Virus record (IMG/VR): IMGVR_UViG_3300033076_001065
Span: 1 to 42,932 of that record
Source of the DNA: a virus
Lineage: Duplodnaviria; Caudoviricetes
DNA: 42,932 nt
Reading direction: 5' to 3' (one strand)
The position numbers were made by a program, and so were the translations under genes. Shown piece by piece: positions 18,726 to 27,217 of the stretch. Under the pieces are notes generated by a model. It worked only from the letters and a program-made list of their open reading frames with translations, ran no database searches and had not been told where the DNA came from. The first letter of the stretch is position 1. The number at the start of each line of letters is the position of its first letter.

Positions 18726-19766
18726 TCAGACGGATCGGCGCATCCGGGCTAGCCGTTCCTCGAACGGCAACGCAGCCCAGTCGCTCTCCTCGTCCACGAT
18801 CGCCGTGCGTCCTTGCGCGAGCGAATTGGTGACGGTGTTCGCCTTGGCTGCGGCGTGCGAAGGTGGAGTCGGTGCTGTGGTCTGGCTGGTGTTCGTCGGT
18901 TGCGTGAGGGCCTGGAACAGCCCTCCGTACTTCTGGGCGATGCCCCGCACCTCGGTGTCGAGCGCGTCTTCCACCGCAAGGAGCAAGGCTTCCGGCCCCG
19001 CCCCTTCCGGCACGCGCTCGCCCGCGATGCTGGCAATCGCCATGAACTCTTCCTGGTCCTGTTGGAGCAGGCGCGACGCGAGCGGCGCCCGCTGCGCGTT
19101 CTGTTGGACGAAGCCAAGGAACGCGCGCGTGTTCTGCTCGTCCTGGGACTTCTGCTCGCGCTCCTGCTCGCGCTGCTCGAACGCCTCGATTCGGGCGAGG
19201 AGCTCTGCGTTCTGCTTCTTGAACGCCGCGAGCTCGGGGGAGATGGCCTCGCGCACCTCGCGGCTCGCGGTCGCGGCCGGATTCGTCAGGGCCTCGCGCA
19301 GCGCCTCGGCGACCTTGTCGGCCGGGACGCCTTCGCGCTCCATCTCGCGGATGGCAGCAACGGGGTCCTTGAGCATCGCGCGGTCGAAGCGCGCGTCGCG
19401 CGCCTTCTCGGCGTCCTCGGCACGCTTGAGCGCGGCGGCAAGGTCGGCCTGCATCCGCTCGGCTTGCGTCTGCCGCGTCTTGTCGGCGACGCGTTCGCGT
19501 TCGCGCAGCTGGAACGCTTCCAGCGCCCTGCGTCGCTCTTCGGCGCGCTTCTGCGCCTCCGGATCGGCCAAGGCTGCCGGCGAGCTCTGGTCCGACGCCG
19601 AGGCGCCGGCAGGAGACGGGGGTGCGGCACCATCAGGCGCGGTCTCGCCGGCAGTCTCGGGCGATCCGATGTCGGCCTTCAGCGCGCTGAGGCGCGCCTC
19701 GAAACCGCCGTCCACCGTGGGGGTGGCGGTCTCCGTCGTCGTGGCTTGGGTGGTCGGTTGGTTCAC
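18726..19766 (-). CDS. Capsid scaffolding protein
   Basis: 346 aa, charged coiled-coil with C-terminal EERLARMRR helix, between portal and capsid. Confidence 0.75.
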   Translation of the reverse strand: MNQPTTQATTTETATPTVDGGFEARLSALKADIGSPETAGETAPDGAAPPSPAGASASDQSSPAALADPEAQKRAEERRRALEAFQLRERERVADKTRQTQAERMQADLAAALKRAEDAEKARDARFDRAMLKDPVAAIREMEREGVPADKVAEALREALTNPAATASREVREAISPELAAFKKQNAELLARIEAFEQREQEREQKSQDEQNTRAFLGFVQQNAQRAPLASRLLQQDQEEFMAIASIAGERVPEGAGPEALLLAVEDALDTEVRGIAQKYGGLFQALTQPTNTSQTTAPTPPSHAAAKANTVTNSLAQGRTAIVDEESDWAALPFEERLARMRRSV

Positions 19767-19793
19767 GTGGTCATGGCTGTGGTCCTGGCTGGG

Positions 19794-21713
19794 TCATGCG
19801 GCTTGGGGAACGCCAATGTCGGGAATGTCGGCGGCCGGCGCGGCGGCCGTGCTGGGGGCGCCGAGGCCGGGGCCTGCGCCAGGCATCGGTGCCGCGGGGC
19901 CCATCGGGTTCTGCATCGCGGACTTCTTCGCGAGGTACTTCGCGATCTCCTCGTCGCAGCCCTTGAGGAAGCGGCGGAGCATGTCGAGGTTGTATTCGTC
20001 GGCGCCATCGAGCAGCGCGCGATTGAGCTTCTGCTGCGCGCGACGGGGCGCCCAGCCCGGGGCGTTCGCCTTGTCGTCCCAGAGCTGTTGATACGCGCTC
20101 GGGGGCAGGTACGCGGACTCGCCCTCGTCCTCCTCGGCGTCGAGCATCTTCTCGAGCATCTCGTCGACGACGAGGCGGTCCGCGGTCTCGAGGTCCATCT
20201 CCGCCTGCAGATCGGGAGCGTCGAGGTGGCGCAGGAACGTGGCGCGGTCGATGATGCCGCTGTTCCACATATCCTTGAGCTTCTCGAGCCGAGCCGCGAG
20301 CTGCTGCGGGAGCAGCGACGTCGGGAAGACGCGGATCTCGACGCCGTCGACGTAGACATCGTTCCACGTGAGGTCGAGCAGCCCGCCGCGCATGGGCACG
20401 CTCACGGCCATGTCGCCGTAGTCCTTTGCGATCTGCTTCGCGCAGTCGACGAGGAGGCGCGCGACCTGGAGATTCCACGCCTCGTAGGCGCGACCGAAGA
20501 TCATGAACCGCTCGGTCTCGATGTCGTCGAGCGTCTGCAGCGCGATGGCCGCGGTGACTCCGGCTGGCTTCTGCGACTGCACGCTCATGAGCGACAGGCC
20601 TGCGTCGTTGAGCGCGTCCTGGGTGAGCTCGCGCGGGCGCTGCCGCGTGTGCTCGTTCACGAGGTCCATGTCGAAGACCTGGGGCGTGCCGCCCGCCTTG
20701 TGTCGCAGCTGGAAGATGCCGTTCCGGAAGGCTTGGTCGTGGATGCGCGCGTCGTCCGGCACGAGCACGCCCACGCCGCTCATGCGGTGCTGCTCCGAGC
20801 TCTTCTCGGAGGCGAGGTTGATCTCGTACTGGTAGCCCTCGAGCTGCTCGACGAGGCCGTTCGCCCAGAAGCCGGTGAGCGGGTCGTTGTAGCCGAGGAT
20901 CGCAAACGGGAAGTACGACGCTTCCCACGGCTCATCGAGCAGGGTCGCGCCCTGACAGACGACGACGTGCCGGCCGTCCTTGGCGCCCTCGCGACTGGGC
21001 AGGTGCCACGCCTCGATGATGTCGACGCGGTCCACGGTCATGCCGCTGCGGTCGTCGTAGTCACCCGCGAGCTCGAACCGGCCAGCTTCCTCGATGGCGT
21101 TCTTGATGCTCGTCCGCGTGCCTCCGCCGTCGGTTCGGGCGAACAGCGCCAAGGCGACGCCTCGGTCCATGGAACGGCAGTGATAGAGGTTGCGCGGGGC
21201 GCCGTAGCGCGCGTCCCACTCGTCGACGAACAGCTCCCAAGGAAGCGTGCGCTCGGTGCGGATCTTATCGCCCTCGGTGCAGACCTTGAGCACGCCGTAA
21301 CCGAAGACGAGCGCGTCCTTCACGATGCGCTGCGCGTGCTGCTCGTAGATGCGCTGGCGATAGAACTCGCCCTCGAGAAACTGCGTCATCTTGCGAGCGC
21401 GCTTCTGGTTCTTCCACGAGCCGCGCTGCGTGAGGCACTGCGGGAGCGGGCGGTGCTTCGCGATCATCGCCGTGAGCGTGTCGACGCCCTGCCGGCATAC
21501 GTTGTACGGGAGCGTGGCCGGGCCGTACTCGTATCCGCGCTGCGAGCGGCCCTTGATGCCGGGCTTATCGCTCAGCGCGTAGAAGCCGGCGTGGCACTCG
21601 TGCGCGTCGAGGCGCCAAGCGTTCTCGTCGCGGATGACCCTGAACACGGAGGCCAAGGCCTCGTGGCAGTTTCCGCGCGGCTCGTCTTCCCAGCGTGCGT
21701 TAGTCGCCTTCAT
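19794..21713 (-). CDS. Portal protein
   Basis: 639 aa; YNVCRQGVDTL, DALVFGYGVLKV and GLVEQLEGYQYEIN portal-like motifs; position. Confidence 0.85.
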   Translation of the reverse strand: MKATNARWEDEPRGNCHEALASVFRVIRDENAWRLDAHECHAGFYALSDKPGIKGRSQRGYEYGPATLPYNVCRQGVDTLTAMIAKHRPLPQCLTQRGSWKNQKRARKMTQFLEGEFYRQRIYEQHAQRIVKDALVFGYGVLKVCTEGDKIRTERTLPWELFVDEWDARYGAPRNLYHCRSMDRGVALALFARTDGGGTRTSIKNAIEEAGRFELAGDYDDRSGMTVDRVDIIEAWHLPSREGAKDGRHVVVCQGATLLDEPWEASYFPFAILGYNDPLTGFWANGLVEQLEGYQYEINLASEKSSEQHRMSGVGVLVPDDARIHDQAFRNGIFQLRHKAGGTPQVFDMDLVNEHTRQRPRELTQDALNDAGLSLMSVQSQKPAGVTAAIALQTLDDIETERFMIFGRAYEAWNLQVARLLVDCAKQIAKDYGDMAVSVPMRGGLLDLTWNDVYVDGVEIRVFPTSLLPQQLAARLEKLKDMWNSGIIDRATFLRHLDAPDLQAEMDLETADRLVVDEMLEKMLDAEEDEGESAYLPPSAYQQLWDDKANAPGWAPRRAQQKLNRALLDGADEYNLDMLRRFLKGCDEEIAKYLAKKSAMQNPMGPAAPMPGAGPGLGAPSTAAAPAADIPDIGVPQAA

Positions 21714-21948
21714 TCAGCCGCGCGACGGGACCGCCCGACGCGGCGAACTGCACTCGACGGCGCTCTTCGCGCTCGCGTGCGGCCCGCTGTGCGGCGGTCT
21801 CCGGCTTGTCGGCTGGGTCAGCGACCTCGGCTGGAACCAGGGCACCGAGCTTGGCGTGGACGAGGTGTCCCTCCGTGGACCACGCGGCGTCGGTTACGCC
21901 GGCTTGGCGCATCCACGTCGTCTTGGTGGTCCAGTCCGCTTCGCTCAT
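21700..21948 (-). CDS. Hypothetical protein (frame open to GTG 22179)
   Basis: MSEADWTTK...; start ambiguous. Confidence 0.55.
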   Translation of the reverse strand: MSEADWTTKTTWMRQAGVTDAAWSTEGHLVHAKLGALVPAEVADPADKPETAAQRAAREREERRRVQFAASGGPVARLNEGD

Positions 21949-21968
21949 TCCCCTGGGTGAATCCTTAT

Positions 21969-22000
21969 CGCAATTGGGTTGCACCTGCAACCCAGTTGTG
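21969..22000. promoter_or_regulatory. Palindromic operator-like site upstream of the head genes
   Basis: CAAtTGGGTTGCA-cc-TGCAACCCAgTTG; contains two TGCAAC-n3-RTTG copies related to 27061..27075. Confidence 0.6.
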
Positions 22001-22175
22001 CATGGCCGCGCGGAGTCGAGTTGGAACGAGGCGCGTGTCTTTCGCCCGTCCTCGTGTCGCGCCATCGCCCACCTGTCGGGCCTGATGGCCGTGAGGATCC
22101 AAGGGCCACGTGAGAAGCAGCCGCACTCGGCCCACTCGTGCAGCGAACACGGCACTTCGACGCGGTCGCCGACCT

Positions 22176-23684
22176 TCACTCGGCCGCCTGCTTCGTCTCG
22201 AGTTTCATCTGCCATTGCTGCTCGAGCGAGCCTTCGTAGCCGTAGATGCCCCAGTGCTTGAACTTCGCCGGTACGTAGATGTAGACCTTGCCGCCGTGAC
22301 GCTGCCAGAGCCGGCACAGCTGGTAGTCCTCGGAGAGGTACTGCCGGTCCTCGATGCTCGTGTCGTACAGCGCCCACAGCGGCTCGTCGCGGTCGTCGTG
22401 ATTCAGTGACAGGTGCAGCAGCTCGGGATGCGCCTGTGCGAGCTCCACGTGCACGCGACGCGTCACGAGCATGAAGCCGGTCCCCGCGTCGAGGACCTCC
22501 ATGCAGCCGCCGCGCATGCCGACGCGACCCGCCTCGAAGTCCTCGCGACGGATGTTGCACACGACGCGGCCGGTGGTGTCCTTGAACGGGTAGGCGCCGG
22601 CCGTCACGTCGTTGCCGCGTTCGATCATCTCGCGCACGGACGTGGGCGTGAGGCATTCGATGTCGGCATCCCACCAGAGCAGGTGCGTGCACGGACTCTT
22701 GAGGAACGCGTGCATGACGCGCTGGCGCATGCGCTGCACGAGGCTGTCGCCCGGCGTGCGCATCTCGGTGACGTCGACGCCGTGCTCGAGCAGGTCTTCC
22801 TTCACCGCTCTCCGGCCCGCATCGGTCTTGGCGAGGATCTGCGCCGGCTCTCCGAACATCGGGACCACGATCATGACGTGCGGCGTGTCGCTCACCGGCC
22901 CGCCGCGCTCGGCCTCGTACATAGCCTCGATGTCCCACGCCTCGGGCTTGCACGAGCGGACGATGTCCCAGTGCTGGCCCTTGAACGTACGGCCGAGCGT
23001 TGGCGTGTCGCCCCGCTCGCGCCAGTCCATCTGCCGCAGGTCCACGTCAGGCTGCCAGACCTGCGAGTGACGCAGCACCCGCACCTTCTCGTCCTCCTCC
23101 TGCCATTGATTGCCGAGCATCGAGTCGAGCGAGGTGTCGTGCTCGCAGAGCGACGGCAGCGGCTTGAAGCAAGCGACGTTGCGCAGAAGGCTCCAGACAT
23201 TCACGCCGTGATCGAACGACAGCGTGGCGGTCAGGGTGGACTCGCGCCATGCGAGGTAGGCTTCCCACGCGTCGATGCGCATCGTGCCGCCGAATAGGAT
23301 GGAGCCGCACTCGGTGTAGTAACCCACGGCGCCAGCGTCGTAGGCCTTGCGTGCCCCGGGATGGTTCGACACGAGGCACAGCTGGTCGTCGGGGCGATGC
23401 TCGATGAGCCGAGTCAGCGACTCGACGAAGTGCGGGACGAGGATCGCGTCGTCCGGCAGGAGCGTGATGTGCGTCGCGTCGCGCTGCGCGCGGGCGAGCG
23501 TGATCGCCGTTCGGAGCGCGTCGGTGTAGTTGCCGACGTGGTCCTTTGCTTGGTCGCCTCGGTGAAAGCACACGCCCGTGTCGAGGGCCTGGCACTCGGG
23601 CACGAGCTGCGCGCGCAGGCGCTCGACCATCGCATCGCGCTCGGGGGCCCAAGGGGCGGTGGTTACGACGATGAACGGCTTCAT
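22176..23684 (-). CDS. Two-domain GT-A glycosyltransferase
   Basis: Domain 1 THITLLPDDA...PSLCEH; domain 2 THLLWWDADI...GTGFMLV...LSEDYQLC...HWG. Confidence 0.8.
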   Translation of the reverse strand: MKPFIVVTTAPWAPERDAMVERLRAQLVPECQALDTGVCFHRGDQAKDHVGNYTDALRTAITLARAQRDATHITLLPDDAILVPHFVESLTRLIEHRPDDQLCLVSNHPGARKAYDAGAVGYYTECGSILFGGTMRIDAWEAYLAWRESTLTATLSFDHGVNVWSLLRNVACFKPLPSLCEHDTSLDSMLGNQWQEEDEKVRVLRHSQVWQPDVDLRQMDWRERGDTPTLGRTFKGQHWDIVRSCKPEAWDIEAMYEAERGGPVSDTPHVMIVVPMFGEPAQILAKTDAGRRAVKEDLLEHGVDVTEMRTPGDSLVQRMRQRVMHAFLKSPCTHLLWWDADIECLTPTSVREMIERGNDVTAGAYPFKDTTGRVVCNIRREDFEAGRVGMRGGCMEVLDAGTGFMLVTRRVHVELAQAHPELLHLSLNHDDRDEPLWALYDTSIEDRQYLSEDYQLCRLWQRHGGKVYIYVPAKFKHWGIYGYEGSLEQQWQMKLETKQAAE

Positions 23685-23890
23685 GCCTGGGCCCTCCCGC
23701 GTGCCCGCTCGGCTTCCCGTGCGCGCTTCTTCCAGCCCGCGCGCTGCGCCTCGACGTGCGCGGCGTGCTTCTCCGACGCGTCGAGCGCCACCTTCGCGCG
23801 ATACAGCTCCGCCTCGGCGCGCTCGCAGCGCTGCTCCCAGTAGCCCGGCCCGCGCACCAGACGCGCGAGCAAGTCCGTCACTTTCGCCAT
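23681..23890 (-). CDS. Small coiled-coil hypothetical protein
   Basis: MAKVTDLLARL..., 69 aa, overlaps both neighbours. Confidence 0.55.
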   Translation of the reverse strand: MAKVTDLLARLVRGPGYWEQRCERAEAELYRAKVALDASEKHAAHVEAQRAGWKKRAREAERARGRAQA

Positions 23891-25503
23891 CCTGCACCAT
23901 CCCCTCGGTCGTGGACCGTGTACCTGCGCCACTCCGGCGTCTCCGCCTTCTCGGTCAGCTTTCGTCGCCGCGCATCGCGCCTGGCCTCTTCCCACTCGCG
24001 CGAGCCCGCTTCCGGTGCCGGCGCCGCGACGACGTCCCCGCTCAGCTGCCATAGGGCCAGCATGAGCGCGGCTGCGATGTCGCCGTGACCGCCCTGCGCC
24101 CATCGCGGGTTCGAGATGCTCACGCCGCCGCCGCTCGTGGGCCTGCCCTGCACCTCGCGCAGCTGCTGCACCAGGCGTGCGCTCACCTCGGGCGGCATGT
24201 TCGCCGTATGGATCTTCACCTTGCCGCCGTGGATGAGCACGCGGCCTCGGGTGTACGCGTCGGCGGGCTTCGCGGTCGCCTTCGCGAGGACGAGATCGTG
24301 CTTCTCGAGCGCCTCGTGCAGCGCCTGGAAGTAGTGCTGATCGGCCATCGCGTACGACGCGCCGACGATGTCCTTGACGAACGCCTCCACGGTCGCGTCG
24401 AGGCGCAAGGGCCGCCCCTCCTGCGGTCGCTCCTCGCGCGCGAAGTAGACGTGCAGCTCGTCCCCGCGCTTGGCGACCTTCACGAGCGCTGCGCTGTCGG
24501 AGATGAGGCCCATGTCGGCGCCAGCGCTCACGACGTCACCCGGCTCGAGCTCGAACAGCGCATCGGTGAGCGCGTCGTCGATGGCCGACGACGAGAAGAA
24601 CACCGTGGTGCCGCTCGTCATGAACTCGGCGCCGAACTCGCGCTTGGCGTTGTCGGCGTCCGCCTGCTCCGCGCGCGCGATGATGGTCCGCGTCAGGTCC
24701 GTGTCGTTGAGGAGCAGCGTCGGTGCGTGCGCCACCAGCGTATCGGCCGGCCGCGTCTTCCAGAGCCGATAGAGCAAGCCTCCCTCGGCCCACGGCGTCG
24801 ACGCGATGATGGTCTGTCCGCCCTTGAGCACGCGGCTAGAGCCTGCGCGGAACAGCTCCTCGTCGTTCACCTTGAAGGTCGAGTCACGGAAGAACGCGCA
24901 CTCGTCGAGCGCGAAGTCGGTCCACCAGCGTCCGCGCGCTGCGGTGCCGCCCATCGTGGCTACGCCGGTCTCGAACGACACGATGTGCCCGTCCGGCCGG
25001 CGCAGCTTGAACTTGTCCACCTTCTCCTCGACGAGCATGGCGGCGAGCTCGGGCTTCGCGCGCACGGCGCCGATGGCGTAGCGGTAGACCTCCATGCGGA
25101 GGTCGTCGCGCGGGGCGATGATCAGCGCTGCTGCGTGAGCTCCCGGCGGTAGCGCCGACACGTCCCGCACGAGCATGCCCCACACCAGTCGAAGAGCGAC
25201 GAGTAGATAGCTCTTCCCGGCGCGGCCCCCACAGACAGCGGCAACGATGCTACGCAGCCCCAGCGACAGATCTTGCGTGCCGAAGAGACGGGCCGCGAGA
25301 CCAGCATCCACGGGCTGAGCACCATCATAGGCCACGCGAGCGAGCTCAGCCTGCCCCGGGGTTGCGGTGACTCCGACCCAATCGAGGAAGCCAAGGTACG
25401 TCCCGGGCACGCTAGTGGTGAGCGGGTTGCGAGCCGCTCGCCGTTCCGCCGCTTCCGCCTTCATCTTCAGCAGATGACGGCTGCGGGTCATCGGGTCGCT
25501 CAT
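23878..25503 (-). CDS. terL: Terminase large subunit
   Basis: Walker A GGRAGKS, Walker B FALDE, coupling motif ASTP, nuclease GADMG...D and HGDIAAA; start uncertain. Confidence 0.9.
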   Translation of the reverse strand: MSDPMTRSRHLLKMKAEAAERRAARNPLTTSVPGTYLGFLDWVGVTATPGQAELARVAYDGAQPVDAGLAARLFGTQDLSLGLRSIVAAVCGGRAGKSYLLVALRLVWGMLVRDVSALPPGAHAAALIIAPRDDLRMEVYRYAIGAVRAKPELAAMLVEEKVDKFKLRRPDGHIVSFETGVATMGGTAARGRWWTDFALDECAFFRDSTFKVNDEELFRAGSSRVLKGGQTIIASTPWAEGGLLYRLWKTRPADTLVAHAPTLLLNDTDLTRTIIARAEQADADNAKREFGAEFMTSGTTVFFSSSAIDDALTDALFELEPGDVVSAGADMGLISDSAALVKVAKRGDELHVYFAREERPQEGRPLRLDATVEAFVKDIVGASYAMADQHYFQALHEALEKHDLVLAKATAKPADAYTRGRVLIHGGKVKIHTANMPPEVSARLVQQLREVQGRPTSGGGVSISNPRWAQGGHGDIAAALMLALWQLSGDVVAAPAPEAGSREWEEARRDARRRKLTEKAETPEWRRYTVHDRGDGAGWRK

Positions 25504-25831
25504 CGTCCACCACCGTTGCTGTCTGGTGCAGTTCGCCCACGATCTTCACCGCGCCCGCCACCTCGTAGAGCGAGCCTTCCTTGAGCTTCGCGCGCATCTC
25601 GACGAGGGCTTCGCGAAGGAACGACACGCGCAAGGTCGCGAGGTCGTGCTGGATTGCCGCGTTCTTTTCTGCGACAAGGTCCGACAGCGCCTTGTCGGTC
25701 TTCATGCGCGCGCGGTACCGCTCGACGGTGCGCGTCGAGACGTTCCACTTCCGCGCAGCCGGGCGGTCACCGAGCACGAACGCGTCCGCGAGGACAAGCG
25801 CCATGCGGTCGATGTCGCCCACGGCGCTCAC
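25412..25831 (-). CDS. terS: Terminase small subunit (HTH)
   Basis: AARKWNVSTRTVERYR HTH plus helices, directly upstream of terL. Confidence 0.7.
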   Translation of the reverse strand: MSAVGDIDRMALVLADAFVLGDRPAARKWNVSTRTVERYRARMKTDKALSDLVAEKNAAIQHDLATLRVSFLREALVEMRAKLKEGSLYEVAGAVKIVGELHQTATVVDDERPDDPQPSSAEDEGGSGGTASGSQPAHH

Positions 25832-26034
25832 TGAATCGGCTCGACTTCCCAGATCGGCGCCCACTCGGTGAGACCGTTCGCGAAGCGCATGAGGACGGCG
25901 GGTCCGCGGCGGTCGTCGCCTTCGGTCCCGAACCCTCGCTTGGAGTCGTCGGAGGCGATAACGTCCGCGTTGCCGTCGCCGGCCCAGGACGCGATCTCAC
26001 CCAGCTGCGTTCGGTTCTTCCAGTGCACCCTCAT
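25828..26034 (-). CDS. Hypothetical protein
   Basis: 68 aa, coupled overlaps. Confidence 0.6.
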   Translation of the reverse strand: MRVHWKNRTQLGEIASWAGDGNADVIASDDSKRGFGTEGDDRRGPAVLMRFANGLTEWAPIWEVEPIQ

Positions 26035-26435
26035 GTCGTCACCTTCCTTGCGCGTGCCTTTTTCGGACCGCCTTGAGCTTGTTTCGGAGCTTCCGATGCT
26101 CCTCCGGCGTCAGGCCGCTGTTCGCTTGCGGCGGCAGCATCTGCGCACGAGCCATCTCGCGACACGCTCTCTTGTTCGGCGACATGATCCACCTCCTTGC
26201 CCCACGCCTGCATCTGCTCGTGCTCGCTCACCGGCTCCGAGTACACGGCGCCGACGACGCGGAACGGCTTCACTTCGCGCACGTTCTGCTCCGGCATCGC
26301 GGGCCGGTAGAGCACTACGCCGCGCTCGTCGGTATAAATGCGCCAGCCGCAGTCCGTCCGGAACTCCTGCAGCAAGAGCCCTGTGCCGAACACGGGCACG
26401 AGCTGCGCGAACTGCACGGCGTCGAGCTTCGTCAT
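26031..26435 (-). CDS. Hypothetical protein
   Basis: MTKLDAVQFAQ..., GAGG RBS, ATGA overlap. Confidence 0.6.
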   Translation of the reverse strand: MTKLDAVQFAQLVPVFGTGLLLQEFRTDCGWRIYTDERGVVLYRPAMPEQNVREVKPFRVVGAVYSEPVSEHEQMQAWGKEVDHVAEQESVSRDGSCADAAAASEQRPDAGGASEAPKQAQGGPKKARARKVTT

Positions 26436-26992
26436 GTCCTCACGCTTTCGTGCGCGCTCGCCACGCGCCTCACCCCGGCCATGTGCCGACCGAGAAACAT
26501 CCGATCCCATCGCCACTCCGCCGGCAGCCGCACGCCGCACTGGCCCGTGACCATCTCCACGAGCTCGTGGGTGTACCGGCACTTGCGGTCGAGCCGCGTG
26601 CCGAGCAGGTCGCGCACGATGTCGGCCTTCATGAAGTCCGGCACGCTGCGCTTGACGCAGACGTAGTGCACGACGTCGCCGTTCGTCGCCGCGAAGCCCC
26701 AGATGACCGCCGGCCCCGCCTCGGTCGTGCGTACGCGGCCCGGATCGCAGACCACCTCGACGTCGGTGGAGCGGAGCAGCTGCTCGACCAGCGGCGCCTG
26801 CTCGGCCCACATGGCGCGAACGGCGCTGCGGACCTTCTCGTCCCGGGCCTGCTCGTCGGCGCGCTTCGTCGGGATGTAGGCCCCGCGCGCGACACCCTCC
26901 GCCGAACGGAGGTACGAGGTGCACCAAAGAGACACCAGCGCCGTCTCGTCCTCCTCGGGGAGGTACGCGCGCTTCGTCCACTCGGCGCTCAC
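26432..26992 (-). CDS. Hypothetical protein, possible GNAT-like fold
   Basis: VIWGFAA...VVHYVCVKR pattern; first gene of the late operon; start uncertain. Confidence 0.55.
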   Translation of the reverse strand: MSAEWTKRAYLPEEDETALVSLWCTSYLRSAEGVARGAYIPTKRADEQARDEKVRSAVRAMWAEQAPLVEQLLRSTDVEVVCDPGRVRTTEAGPAVIWGFAATNGDVVHYVCVKRSVPDFMKADIVRDLLGTRLDRKCRYTHELVEMVTGQCGVRLPAEWRWDRMFLGRHMAGVRRVASAHESVRT

Positions 26993-27060
26993 GGGCTGGG
27001 CATCGACGGTCCTTGGCTGGGTTGCGTGTCCTGATTCAGTTACCCGATGCGCGGCGCTTT

Positions 27061-27075
27061 TGCAACTCAGTTGCA
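27061..27075. promoter_or_regulatory. Palindrome TGCAAC-tca-GTTGCA upstream of the late operon
   Basis: Perfect 6-bp arms in a lower-GC intergenic region; overlaps a TTGCAA -35-like hexamer on the minus strand. Confidence 0.55.
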
Positions 27076-27137
27076 TTTACGCCTCGACGGCTCTGTCGCA
27101 TTTCCTCCCGGTCGCGCGACTCGATTTCACTGTGTCT

Positions 27138-27212
27138 ATTTCCTCCCCACCCTAAAGGGTGGGGGAGGAAATGTCCTGACCTCCTAAGGGAGGCTCTGGG
27201 AGGCTTGGGAGG
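27138..27212. other. Long hairpin plus GGGAGG direct repeats (origin or terminator candidate)
   Basis: ATTTCCTCCCCACCCT-aa-AGGGTGGGGGAGGAAAT, second hairpin CCTCC-taag-GGAGG, four GGGAGG copies. Confidence 0.55.
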
Positions 27213-27217
27213 AATCG

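Noticed and set aside
18813-22085. 1090-aa plus-strand ORF and other long antisense ORFs (519..1979, 9528..11894, 16272..18752)
   Set aside because: Shadow frames of GC-rich genes on the opposite strand; Arg-rich and without motifs.
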